DNA from: the human T2T-CHM13v2.0 reference genome, Homo sapiens | Assembly: GCF_009914755.1 (NCBI RefSeq) | Contig: NC_060926.1 | Length of the DNA: 64,000 nucleotides | Strand: one strand, 5' to 3' | Shown here: piece after piece, positions 14,911 to 27,700 of the stretch | Layout of the letters: each line of letters opens with the position of its first letter | How positions within the stretch are numbered: position 1 is the stretch's first letter | The notes under the pieces: generated by a model | Told to the model about the DNA's origin: nothing | Databases searched by the model: none | The model's input: the letters and a program-made list of their open reading frames with translations, nothing else | Position numbers and translations under genes: made by a program

Positions 14911-16449
14911 GACCAAGGCAGTATTTGTCCATGTTGTGGTTTGACCATCAACCTAAAGTACTTCAAGGCTGACCTCTCTGCTATTACTTTTACAGATCTA
15001 TAGACAGAGAAGAAAATATCATTTTTTCATCTATGGTGACCATACTAAAAAAGACTCAAACCTAATTAATGTGTATTTACATTGTTTCTTTAAGTCTTAT
15101 TAGAAACAATTGACAAGAGTGGTATCAATTTACAATTGTAAATATCAAAGCACTTAATAGTGAAATGAATGCATCATGATGAAATTTATGATGAAACAAA
15201 CAATATTTTTAAGGTGTCATTTGAAAATAAATTTATTTAATATGAGTCAGTTAAAGGAAATAAGAAATCAACTTTTAATAAGTTAACACCTCAAATATTT
15301 AGATCTTCAAGAGCAAGTGAAAGAACGTATGTTTCAGTTAATGTGTCTTCAGGAAGGAGGGAAGAATTGAAATGCAAATATAGAATTTATACCCAAAGAC
15401 TGTTTCTGTTTGTCTCAATAAAATCATCACAATTTCAAGGCTTTGCCTAATGACATTTTATTTTAAGAGAAGGCAACTAAACAACAATTGTTATACTTTA
15501 AAAGTGAAAATATACAGTGAATACGAATTAAGTAGCACTGTCCTTCCAAAATAAAAGAACATTTGCAGGCATTTTTTTCTATATTATTTGCTACTCCAAA
15601 ATTAGTGTCTATGTAATTTTGCTTTAAGTTAAAAAATTTAGCCCAAATGGAATCAAATCATAACTCTATATATTCCTATTTTGAAGCATATATTGCTTAT
15701 TTAGATCTTAAAAATATAGTGAATTCTCTTAAGCAACTCATCCATGTTTATCTTAGTTTGTCTGCTTTATTAAAAATTTACTCACCTTTTAGTTTTTAAA
15801 TCAATGATATTTGAAGATCTGAACCATTAAAATGTAGGTAAAAGTAAAAATTATAAGTGTCATAAGTTTTGACATTATAGTTACTCTACGTCTGACCATT
15901 TTATTTTAAAACCTGCAGTCAAAATGTTTACTATACCTTATTTACTTCCACTAGAAGAATTTGTGTTTAAAAAGAAACAAAATGGAAAAAATGATTCTTC
16001 TTGCTAGATTTAATGATTATGTTTTTCCACTTTTCTCTGAGGTCTGAATTCAGTAAACAAAGAGATGGAAAACTAGGTAAAGAAGACAACATACCTTACA
16101 AGTTATGGTGTACAGACATCCCAAAATTTGGAAAACAATCATACCAAATTGAGGCAATGAGAGAGGAAATTAAAAAAATTACTTTTCTGTCATTAAATTC
16201 CTTTTCATGTATCTTCCACAAATATTTACTTTTGAGACAATTCATATAAACTGGATAAGTTAGTACAGAACTGTGTTTATTAAAAAGCAATTATCAGCCT
16301 GTATTCAAAAGCAATACCATCTGTATTCAGTATACATGTTAGTATTTTAGAAATATTTATAGAAGATACATGAGTGTTTAATCGTATATAGCTGTTTAAA
16401 TGAAATATTTCAAAGTTACTGTGATATTTATATTTCGTATCATTTATAT

Positions 16450-16690
16450 AACATTAAAATATTAGTATATTTTATTTCCATGTACAAACAATAATGCTAA
16501 ATGCCATAACCTTATTGAGTTATATATTTGCTTATTTATTTTAAGCACATTTGCTAACTTATTTTAAGCAAGTTTGCTAACTTATTTTAAGCAAATTTGC
16601 TTATTTATTTTAAGCAAATACATAATAAGGTTATGGTATTTATTATTATTGTTTGTACATGGAAAGAAAATATACTAATATTTTAATGTT
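16450..16690. repeat. 241-bp inverted repeat: 67-bp arms (4 mismatches) around a 4x23-bp tandem array
   Basis: 16450-16516 is the reverse complement of 16624-16690; core units at 16525, 16548, 16571 and 16594. Confidence 0.95.
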
Positions 16691-16787
16691 TGTGTTCAGG
16701 GTTTTCCTTTTAATTATGCTTCTTCATATTTCTTTCTGAATTTCTTACATTTTCACCATTTTTAAATATTTTATTAATATGTATCAG

Positions 16788-16919
16788 CTTTGCTGTCATT
16801 TCATTCCCCAAACTTATGTTTACAATATTATAATGTATAGATTTGACTTAAGGTCAAACTTTATGACCTTAAATCAAATGACTTTGCTGTCATTTCATTC
16901 CTCAAACCTATGTTTACAA
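16788..16919. repeat. 38-bp direct duplication flanking a 16-bp-stem hairpin
   Basis: 16788-16825 vs 16882-16919 (2 mismatches); atttgacttaaggtca (16841-16856) / tgaccttaaatcaaat (16864-16879). Confidence 0.9.
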
Positions 16920-16973
16920 ACCTTACGTAAGTAAACTTAAGGTGTTAGCTTTCATATATTGTTATTTGTATGT

Positions 16974-17131
16974 TTAAGAGACAGCGTCTTAGTTTTGCCC
17001 AGGTTGGAGCACAGAGGCTATTCATAGGCTCAAACATAGCTCAGGACAACCTCGAACTTTTGGCCTTCAGCGATCTTCCTACGTTAGCCTCACAAGTAGC
17101 TGGGACTACAGGTGTACCATATTACCTGGCC
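16974..17131 (-). mobile_element. FAM (fossil Alu monomer)
   Basis: Single monomer; the minus strand retains the 7SL-derived gcctatgaatagcc segment (cf. GCCTGTGAATAGCC) that dimeric Alu arms lack. Confidence 0.8.
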
Positions 17132-18578
17132 TCCCTTGTAAAGGACTAATTTTCCATGGTTACGTTTGTTTAGATTTTAATTTCTCTTGGCAGTGATAGC
17201 ATTATTTTTAAACTCTTTAGCAGGAGTTTAAATACATAGTCTTTGTACATATCTAGCAGCTTCTAGCAGACGTTTATTTAAAAAGCCAATTGTTTTGATA
17301 CCTTAGGAAATACTGTGCTTTTTTTCTCAACCTTTCCTACCTTACAGTTACAATTTTAATGGCTTATGGAGTGCATGAGAAAAATAGCCCTGTAATTTCT
17401 TTTTCCTTTCATGAACATTGAGATTTTATTAAACTGACTCAATGAATGATGGTTCTTCTGGTACTATAAAAAGCAATTTTAATTTTTAAAATGTATTCAA
17501 CATCACTTCATGCTTTTCACTGATCAAAAGACATACTGGTTTTTCAAAACTCTCAGTGTCTAGTGATATACAGGTTGCTTCTGCTTCACTTTGATTTAGT
17601 GAATCATGAAACTCTAGAGACATGAAAATTCAGATGAGTCACCAAGTCCCCAGTGAAAATATTACTGAGCAACTCCTAAAGCATAAAACTATCTCTAAAT
17701 GCAATTCCTGAGAAGAACTAGGGATGATTACATTTTATAAACACAGAAAAGTCTCAAGAAGGAAATTCTGGTATCCTGTGGATATTATTGGGGTGTGTCA
17801 AAAGCTACACATTCCTAAGACCACAGACTTCTCAGCTGGGAGTCTTCAAGAGCAATCATTTATGAAAACCTTGTCCGTGAGATGCTAATACCAGCTAATT
17901 CTAGAAAAAGAAAAGGGCCATTTATTGTCAGTTTAAAATCTTTCCTAAATTAGCTATGTCGGTCTTTTTTTGGCAGCTGTCACTCTTCACCACTACCATT
18001 TGTGAATTCTAATGAAAACTCTATTCACAAATAGATTTTAATTGGACCTAATTCAGACAATCGATTTTTTAAAAAGCAGACATAGTTTTAAGTGCTTTCA
18101 AAATATCTAGTTACTTAGCAGAATTTCAAAGACATATACGTGTGTGGGAGTGTGCACTCATGTGCTCACACATGTGTATGCGTGAGTTACATATTTTCCC
18201 CTCAAGCATAAAGAAATTGTATGGCTGCTCACCTGGGCACCCCAGTTTTTAGTAACTGAAGAAGTTCTTTCTTTTCTCATTGACAAATGAATGTAAGTAG
18301 CTCAGTCTTTTTCTCCACAGCTCATCCTGCTTTTTCAGTTCTGAGAATGACCATAGAGACTTTACAAACTTTATACTAATCCGAGAATTGCTTTGTGTTG
18401 GGAAACACTGTGCTAGCTGAGTCACTCGTTTGAGAGATGCGTCACAGAGAAACGAAGTGACAAGTCTAAAGCAACACAAAAAATGGCAATATGTAGTACA
18501 AATACAGACTTGACTATGTTAAATTTTGTTTTTTGAAAAAGAATTTTAGACTACATAGATGTAAGATACTTATAATTT

Positions 18579-18875
18579 ATATTTTATTTGTTTATTTTGA
18601 GATGAGTCTTGTTCTGTTGCCCAGGCAGGACTGCAGTAGTGCAATCTTGCACTGCAACCTCTGCCTCCTGGGTTCAAGCGATTCTCTTGCCTCAACCTCC
18701 CTAGTAACTGAGATTATAGCTGTGCGCCACCATGACCTGCTAATTTTTGTATTTTCAGTAGAGACAGGTTTTCACCATGTTGGTCAGACTGGTCTAAAAC
18801 TCTTGACCTCAAGTAATCCACCCACTTTGGCCTCCCAAATTACTGGGATTACAGGCATGAGCCACTGCACCTGAC
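18579..18875 (-). mobile_element. AluS, full length
   Basis: Complete antisense dimer; perfect 14-bp TSD gatacttataattt (18565-18578 and 18876-18889). Confidence 0.95.
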
Positions 18876-19051
18876 GATACTTATAATTTTTCAGATATGA
18901 TAATACATTTACCTTAAGGGCCATATTCCTAACTAAAAAATCTTGGTGATTTTAACAAATATTTGTTACTAATAATTTAAATTGTCGTAAAAAAATTTAA
19001 TTAATTTTGATGGACATTAATTCTGATGGAAATATGTTTCTATTTTGTCTT

Positions 19052-19135
19052 TATATGCACACACACAAACACACACACACATATATATATACAGACATAC
19101 ATACATGGATAAACTCACATACAAACACACACACA
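19052..19135. repeat. Imperfect (CA)n/(TA)n microsatellite
   Basis: Visible directly. Confidence 0.8.
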
Positions 19136-21288
19136 TCCTATTTAAATATACAAATACAGTTTCAATCATAACATTGTACCATGACACAGTTGTAGTCAGC
19201 CACCTAAATAAAGTTTGTTTTCTATAGCTGTATGTCGATAAACTGTTAATTAAACTCAAGGTAACTGGGTCTGCTTTCCTTAGAGTCCTCTTTATATATA
19301 CATTATGCTTAGTAGTCCTTGGAAATTCACTTAGCACACTGAAGAATATCAATATCTAAAGTGTGAAAAGAAGTTAAGTGGTCTACTTTATACCAGTTGT
19401 TTGAACCTGACCTAACATAGTCCATAAATAAAAGTTGTTAGAAATGGTTTATACCACCCACTGCATAACAGTCAAAGAAATTATATAACCTGAACTGAAA
19501 ACCAGTATATTTTTAAAATTTTGCTCAATTTTGAAGAAAGTAATGAAAATATTAAATATTTGGAAAATATACACCTATATTGTCACCTTTACTGCCATTT
19601 TCCTAATAGCAGCACTGTTAGCACTATAGGATCATTAAACTTTATATTTCAATTACTTAACTATTGAAACACTTTGGATGGAGAGTCTCTTTAGAGACTA
19701 CATTCATTCATTTTAAATTTTCACCAATTTAACTTTTTTTAATGTACAAAACAAACTACAAATATTCTTTCTTGTCCTTTGTTCACATTGGCTAATATAT
19801 AAAGGCCGCTGCTACTTTCAGTTGATAAAACAAATCCTAGAAGAACTAGATATTCAAAACTTTGTTCTTTACAATTTCGAAGGAAAAAATTGATATACAG
19901 AATGAAGCAACTTTATATCCCTGGTCATATTTTTTAATGAGATAACATTATGCCAAGCTTCACAAGCTATTTTTCAAAGTAAATATTTGCATTTCCTGTC
20001 TATATAGTAACACCTTACTGTTTTAGGAAAAGCTGTATCCTTTTGGCTTTAAATTCTCTTTTCTGAGTACATACTGAGGATGTATGTACTAAGTGAATGA
20101 TTCAGTTCAACCAAGCACACTGATCCACTCAAAGTATGATTAGGATGTATGTATCCCTTATACTTGTGCTATAATTCATATTAATTACTCATAACTATCT
20201 ACTCTATTTCTCTTTTATAGATATGAACAATTTTTACTGCCCAAATTATTAAAATATTATCCCTCATTTTATCAGAATGGTATGTGCACACAGACTTTTC
20301 AGAATTAAAACTTGCAAAACATAGAGAAAATTATTTAATTTGAAAATTGCATGCTATATTTGTGTGGAGGCTCACAAACGCCAATCTAATAATCTCAATT
20401 TAAAAAATCCTTTTAAAAGAAACAAGCAAAATGGATATTGTAACCATATTTAGGTCATGGTAACTGAATATAAAGTTAGGTGGAAAGTAGAGTTTTTAAT
20501 TTAATGCAATTTTTATTTCTTCAAGGCACTATCTTAGAAAATTAGCATTTGGTGCTAAGTTTTCCAATTAAATATTTATGGCTTTATTGGGTAGAGTTTG
20601 GTGTTTTTAATTTTTTTTTAAAAAAACCTACCTCACAAAAATGTCTTATAAATATATTAATGGTTCTCTGCTAAACTAGTGATATATGAGACTTATGAAA
20701 ACAATGCCAAGCTAAAACTCAGCATACTTATACTATTCCAAAAACATTGTAAAGTTGGGCAAATCGCTGCCCTCTCTTGGCTCTATTTTGTAGAGAGATT
20801 TTGTCCAAAGGAATATTTCTCAACAGGAGAAATTTTACTCCGAGTGACAAAGAAGTAAGAAGTAATTAGGGTTTTCCCTATAACAATTTCTAAGAGTTTG
20901 CTTTTCCTCACCATTTATATCTACCTATAACTGTAATACAGCAAACATTCTGTCAAAAAATGGGGTGACCCCTGCAATGTTTGTTTTTGTATGCTTTCGT
21001 TTTAAAACAAGTTGAAATTCATTTAAATATAGTTTTATAGCACCCCCCTCCTCATCCTAAATGGACATATGATCTTAAATGTATAGCCTACTAATGTCCA
21101 TGTTTGAGGGCACAGAAAGTTTGAGCTACTTTAGTAAGGATTCCATTTTGACTCAACAGAATTATTACAATATTTAATTACATTCTTCATTACTTAATGC
21201 CTTAACAACACATTCATTTTCAACAATACTAGTGCAATTTCATGACATTAAATGTCAATCTATATAACACATACAATATCAAAATGTG

Positions 21289-21311
21289 TTTATTTAAACA
21301 CACGTTTTAAT
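21289..21311 (-). terminator. Candidate distal poly(A) signal of LRRTM4 short isoform
   Basis: Minus strand ATTAAA (21311-21306) then AATAAA (21294-21289), followed by a GT-rich tract (ttgtatgtgtt); one of several candidates. Confidence 0.4.
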
Positions 21312-22263
21312 TAAATGAACCATCTTTTAAACTTGTTTCTGTCATGGTAATGCCTAGGGTTTTTGATGGAATAATCTGTGAAATTTAAGATCTCTGGAAA
21401 AGTCTTAGAACCCCAGTTCTCAAATCCTGGTTCTTTAAGAATGTTTCTTTCTTCTTGGTGATTCTTAAACATAAAAGTTAGCATTCTACTCCAAAAGTCA
21501 AGAGAAAATGAATTAATGCGTCTAGAATTTTCTTTTCTTTTTATATACCAGCCTTTAAGAGGATCACAAAATATAAGGAGAACCCAGAATAAAATAGGAT
21601 GAACTTGTGTTACTAATACTCAAGTATATTGTATAATTGTGGGCCTGCAATAAAAACATCAAGCCTTGTTAGACTTTTATAGAAAATCTTTTATTCTTTT
21701 TAATTTTTAAGGGCAATTGCTTATACAGTTTCCTTTTAGGAATTTATTATCTGGGATTACTTCTCTTATTTTCAATGATACACAAAAAAGAAGAAAATGA
21801 ATTCTTTGAAGAACAGTTCAATAGTCCAAATTGTACTGAGTTAGAGATTATTTCAAATTCAGTGCTTTGTCTGAAAACATTTTCATTAGCATTTGTAGTT
21901 AGGACTATGGAAAAATTGGAGTATATGCTATCAAAGAGCAATTATATTTTCCAACTGTTAACTAGCATTAGAAAGGGCAACATCTTTAATTACTCATTAA
22001 AACTGTCTTTTGAAAGAGTGATCATCTAAAATCAGATACTAAAACATTATATTGCCAGAATTTAACCTCTCTTCACTAGTTTCTTCCAGCAACAAGGCCT
22101 TAGTAGTCAGTCTTTGCACATAATGATCAACATTACCAAGAAAAGAACAATTTACATCCAGCATTACTTATTGACAAGTTTGAAATTTGTGACTATTTGT
22201 CTGCTCACTAACATGATCCTGTAAGTGATCTTTTAAATTAAATAATCAGAAACCGGGTCCAAA

Positions 22264-22279
22264 TTTATTCTTATAAAAA
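22264..22279 (-). terminator. Candidate poly(A) signal with adjacent CPE-like element
   Basis: Minus strand reads TTTTTAT-AAG-AATAAA. Confidence 0.35.
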
Positions 22280-22624
22280 CAAAAATAATATAACATGGAA
22301 GGTACACCTTTATTTGAGGCTGTTACAGAAAGGGAGGATACCCAGAACTCAAACCTCTCTCCTTTTATTTATAAATATTTGTATCACTTATTTTTTAATA
22401 AGTTTAACAAGAATACATATCATTTCTTTTGGGGATGACAGCAATACTGACAAACAGTCCCTGTTATGACTGCCATTTTATTATTGCTAAATCATCCACA
22501 AAATTGTGACCTGATTTTAGTTACCAGGGACAAAGCCAAAGCATGGAATTGAAGTTTCATTCTGATTAAACACAAATAGCCAGTGCATAAAAACCTTTGA
22601 AATCGGATCTATATCCCAGTAATT

Positions 22625-22726
22625 AAAAAACAAACAAACAAACAAAAAAAGAAGGAAGAGAAAGGAAGGAAAGGAAGGAGTGAAAGAAAGTAGGAAAGAA
22701 GGAAACAAAAAAAAAAAAAGAAAGAA
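22625..22726. repeat. (AAAC)n/(GGAA)n/A-run simple repeat within the putative 3'UTR (pyrimidine-rich on the mRNA)
   Basis: Visible directly. Confidence 0.8.
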
Positions 22727-23322
22727 GCCTTAGGAGCCTGATACAATTACACAGTAGGCCTCTGACATTCTCTATGCTGGTATAATAACTAAATGGCAAG
22801 TAACATGGGTGTGAGATCCCTGTTGCATGCTTTCATTAAAACTAAAAATTTACAACAAAATCAACCCTTGGGAAAATTGCTCTTTGGTTTAAATCTTCAT
22901 TACCTTCTGGAATTTTGGTAAACTCACTTTATTTTTAAATTAAGCTGGCCCTCTTCTTTACTCCATTACAACAGTCAAACACCAAGAACCAGACAGAAAT
23001 TTCAGAATGAAAAGAGTTTTGTTTGTATGTGTGTTTTTAAGTCCAACCCCTGTATACAAATTGTTAAAAAGCAGATGTTTTAACATAGTGCTTTATTCCA
23101 ACTTATCCTTGAATGAACTTCCTTCAAGTTTCAACCATTTAAAAAAAAAAAAAAAGCAGTCAATTTCCTGGTGGTTGTAATTTAATTAAGTAACCTTTCA
23201 CACTGAGCAAAACCCAAAAGCAAAAGGGTCATTAATCTTTCTAGTGATTAGAGACACCTCTAGGGCTTCAAACATTTACCTCTCCTTCCCCGCAGTAGAA
23301 ATGCTTTTAGGAGGATCATGGT

Positions 23323-25119
<1,797 letters not shown>

Positions 25120-26678
25120 TCAGGAGTTCCTACTTATTTCAACATTGAAAAGCACAGAGCCTTTCTCACCACTGAATGCTGACATTTTAGTAACAATAAT
25201 ATTTGGCTAACCACTGTATTGAACAACAGTACCAAAAGGAAGTGTACTATGTGCTCTGGTAAGGGCAAAAATGTGACTTAGTAAACCTGGTACCTGTACG
25301 TCTTTCCCAGTTGAGCAAACAGGCTGTGATTTGGCAAAAGAGCTTCAGTAAGCTGTCAAGGTAACCCAAGTTTGCCCTGCCTGAAATTGTGTACTTACTG
25401 CATAATAGGATCGCAATATGTGAGCTCTGAAAAAACAGCATTGAGACTAGTATAGGCAGCCAATGAAGCATTGGATGAAGACTAATAACGGTACGAGGTG
25501 CTCTCAAGTTGTTAATAAGCATAGATTATTGCATACTGTGGCTCCCTGCCCAACGATACAGGAGCTAAGACATCTAAATACTCATAACAGAGAACACTCC
25601 AAAGTTAAGACTATCAAAATTCGTATTATTTGCCTAAAAAGCAAAATAATATTGTGTAGTATCACTTTGCCATTATTTTAGAGTTGTTTTTGCAAATTCG
25701 AAGGATAAACAAGGAAAGAAGCAGCCAACTACTATTTTTCTCTACATCACCCTGATCTCTTCACATTTCTCACTGACTTTTTTCTCCCCTATCTCCATTA
25801 ACTTCAGAAAGCCTGCAAAGTTACAATCTATTGGCACTTACACTGCATTTCCAAGTCATTGCATGTTAAGGGACTTCTTTCCTCCGTCAACAGTAGATTT
25901 ATTATTTCTTAATGGAGAGAAAAAAAAAGAAACAACTACCATGTGTTGCAGTTTCTTTTTTTTTCTTAAATTTTTAAATTTTTAACCAAGAGGCAATCAA
26001 CCAAATCCCTAATCTAAAACCCATCCTTCTTCTCAAACAGTTAAGTTTTTCTTTTTTTTCTTTTTAATTTAAAACCCGATCTTGCTCTCTGTCCTCTTGC
26101 CAGCTACAGACTCATTGAAATACATTCCAGCTCTCCCAGACAGGAGAAAGGGGGGGAAAAAAGCCAGTCACACTCGAAAAAATAAGACTGGCAAATGACT
26201 GCTGGAAATTCGGAAGCTGTGTTCAGGATCCAGCTTCAAAGATAAAACAAGCCCTTGTGCAACCTCTGATAAAGTAAGGACCCCACCCCTACATACACGC
26301 AGCAAAGTGTTAATAGTCATCCTGACAGCTACCAGAAACACAAGCCTCGTTAATATTATCAAGAAATAGAAGCAAACACAGTATTTATCTCCTTCTGAAT
26401 TCCCAAGCTGTGGATACGCAGACAGTAGAAACAGTCTTAAAGATATTTCTCTAGAGTCTGTTTAAGTTCGTGTTGTGCATTTATAGATTAAAAAAAAAAC
26501 ACTGCAAAAAGGAAAATGATCTAAAAATATAATAGCAACTATAGTGAATCAACTGGCAAACTCAAAGGCTGCTGCTCTTTGCCTGTTTCCCCGTCTTTTA
26601 TCTGCTAATGCCACGACTGAGGATAGGAAGCCAAGAGGATCAGCTTTGCTCAGAAGGAAACAACAAAAGTTCACTTAC

Positions 26679-26682
26679 CCAT
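26679..26682 (-). CDS. LRRTM4: LRRTM4 initiator ATG-G (4 coding nt at the end of exon 2)
   Basis: aggATGG|GTAAGT perfect donor; phase 1 joins GT TTC to give M-G-F-H. Confidence 0.95.
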
Positions 26683-26829
26683 CCTTTGTCATCCAAAAAC
26701 GTTTCCCCCCTCTCTCAGCTTTCTTCTTATTTGGTCTCTTGTGCGGAAACCACCACCACCTTCATGACACAGTGCGGCTGTCATTCACACCATTCTGATC
26801 CCGCATGTGAGCTAGTAGCCCCATACAAA
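26679..26829 (-). other. LRRTM4: LRRTM4 exon 2 (147 nt 5'UTR + ATG-G)
   Basis: First AG after the T17 tract (T17-gcctgtcctctcggggaAG at 26831-26830); GTAAGT donor at 26678. Confidence 0.75.
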
Positions 26830-26868
26830 CTTCCCCGAGAGGACAGGCAAAAAAAAAAAAAAAAATAC

Positions 26869-26899
<31 letters not shown>

Positions 26900-26912
26900 A
26901 AAAATCAGCACA

Positions 26913-26974
26913 GGGTGGGATGGTTGTGGGGGCAGGGAAAAGGAAGCCGTTGGGGGGATAGGGATGGGGGAGGG
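26913..26974 (+). other. Two tandem G-quadruplex motifs in intron 1 (template strand of LRRTM4)
   Basis: GGG-T-GGG-N8-GGGGG-CA-GGG (26913-26937) and G6-ATA-G3-AT-G5-A-G3 (26952-26974). Confidence 0.6.
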
Positions 26975-27118
26975 CCTCTAGGCTCTGAGGACCATTGTGT
27001 AATTCACCAGAGACCCATCAGCAGTAATTGGCAATCTGTGCAAAAGAGCTACAGCCCATCTCGGAGGTAACCAACTTCTCTGTAAAAAGAGAGGAAAAAA
27101 AGAAAATCTTCAGAATAC

Positions 27119-27125
27119 CTGGCAT
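27119..27125 (-). CDS. LRRTM4: Alternative LRRTM4 start in exon 1 (ATG CCA G), in frame with the main exon when exon 2 is skipped (MPGFH...)
   Basis: ggaATGCCAG|GTATTC donor at 27118; phase 1, same as the exon-2 donor. Confidence 0.65.
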
Positions 27126-27386
27126 TCCTTATTGTGCTGGCTTTTGCCATTCCCAGATAAAGCAATTCATCCTCTGGATTTTCAGTTCTTGAAGCAAGTA
27201 GGCCTCCTGTGCTGTATGAGACCCCAGTTTAAAAGCTATGCAGGCTAGGTTTATCCATTTAGCTGGTCAGGTTTAAAGTGTTTTGTAGCTGTGCTGGGAG
27301 GCAGCCCTTGTCTAATTCAGAAGGCTTTCCAGAGACTGATGATGCTCAGAGCTTGTTGGTGCTAATGCTTGAGTTTGTGATACACT
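27119..27386 (-). other. LRRTM4: LRRTM4 exon 1 (5' end approximate)
   Basis: CAG|GTATTC donor; Inr-like TCAGT with A at 27386; GC content above the flanks. Confidence 0.55.
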
Positions 27387-27700
27387 GAGTGCCCTCCGCT
27401 GGAGAAAACAGATTGCACATTAAAGACGGGAACAAGTGAGCCTGTCAGTGGTGTGCAGCCTTCCCTTGCTCAGAAAGGGAAATTAAAGGCACAGAATCAC
27501 TATTTTTTTCTCTCCAATAATTTAAAAGGTTTATGCCAAGGAGTTCCTTTCAGTTATAGCAAATATTAAGTAAAATACTGCTTCTCTAAATGTTATGCAA
27601 TTAATAGTTTTTCAAAGTTGCCATGACCTGAAATTTGTTTTTTCTGCACGTCACTGGAGATTTATCATCTTTTGCAAATGACAGAAATTGTTGAAATTTA
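27380..27700 (-). promoter_or_regulatory. Putative LRRTM4 core/proximal promoter, no CpG island and no canonical TATA
   Basis: Immediately upstream of exon 1; Inr-like element; CRE-like TGACGTG on the minus strand near 27647-27653. Confidence 0.45.

Noticed and set aside
16525-16616. CRISPR-like array of partially palindromic 23-bp repeats
   Set aside because: Units are contiguous with no spacers, there are no cas genes, and the DNA is primate; it is a minisatellite
26544-26961. Plus-strand ORFs of 84 and 117 aa across exon 2
   Set aside because: The longer one runs through A17/(TA)n low complexity and neither shows recognisable homology; an antisense RNA cannot be assessed from sequence
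27100-27700. CpG-island or TATA promoter
   Set aside because: CpGs are sparse and there is no canonical TATA about 30 nt upstream of the putative Inr
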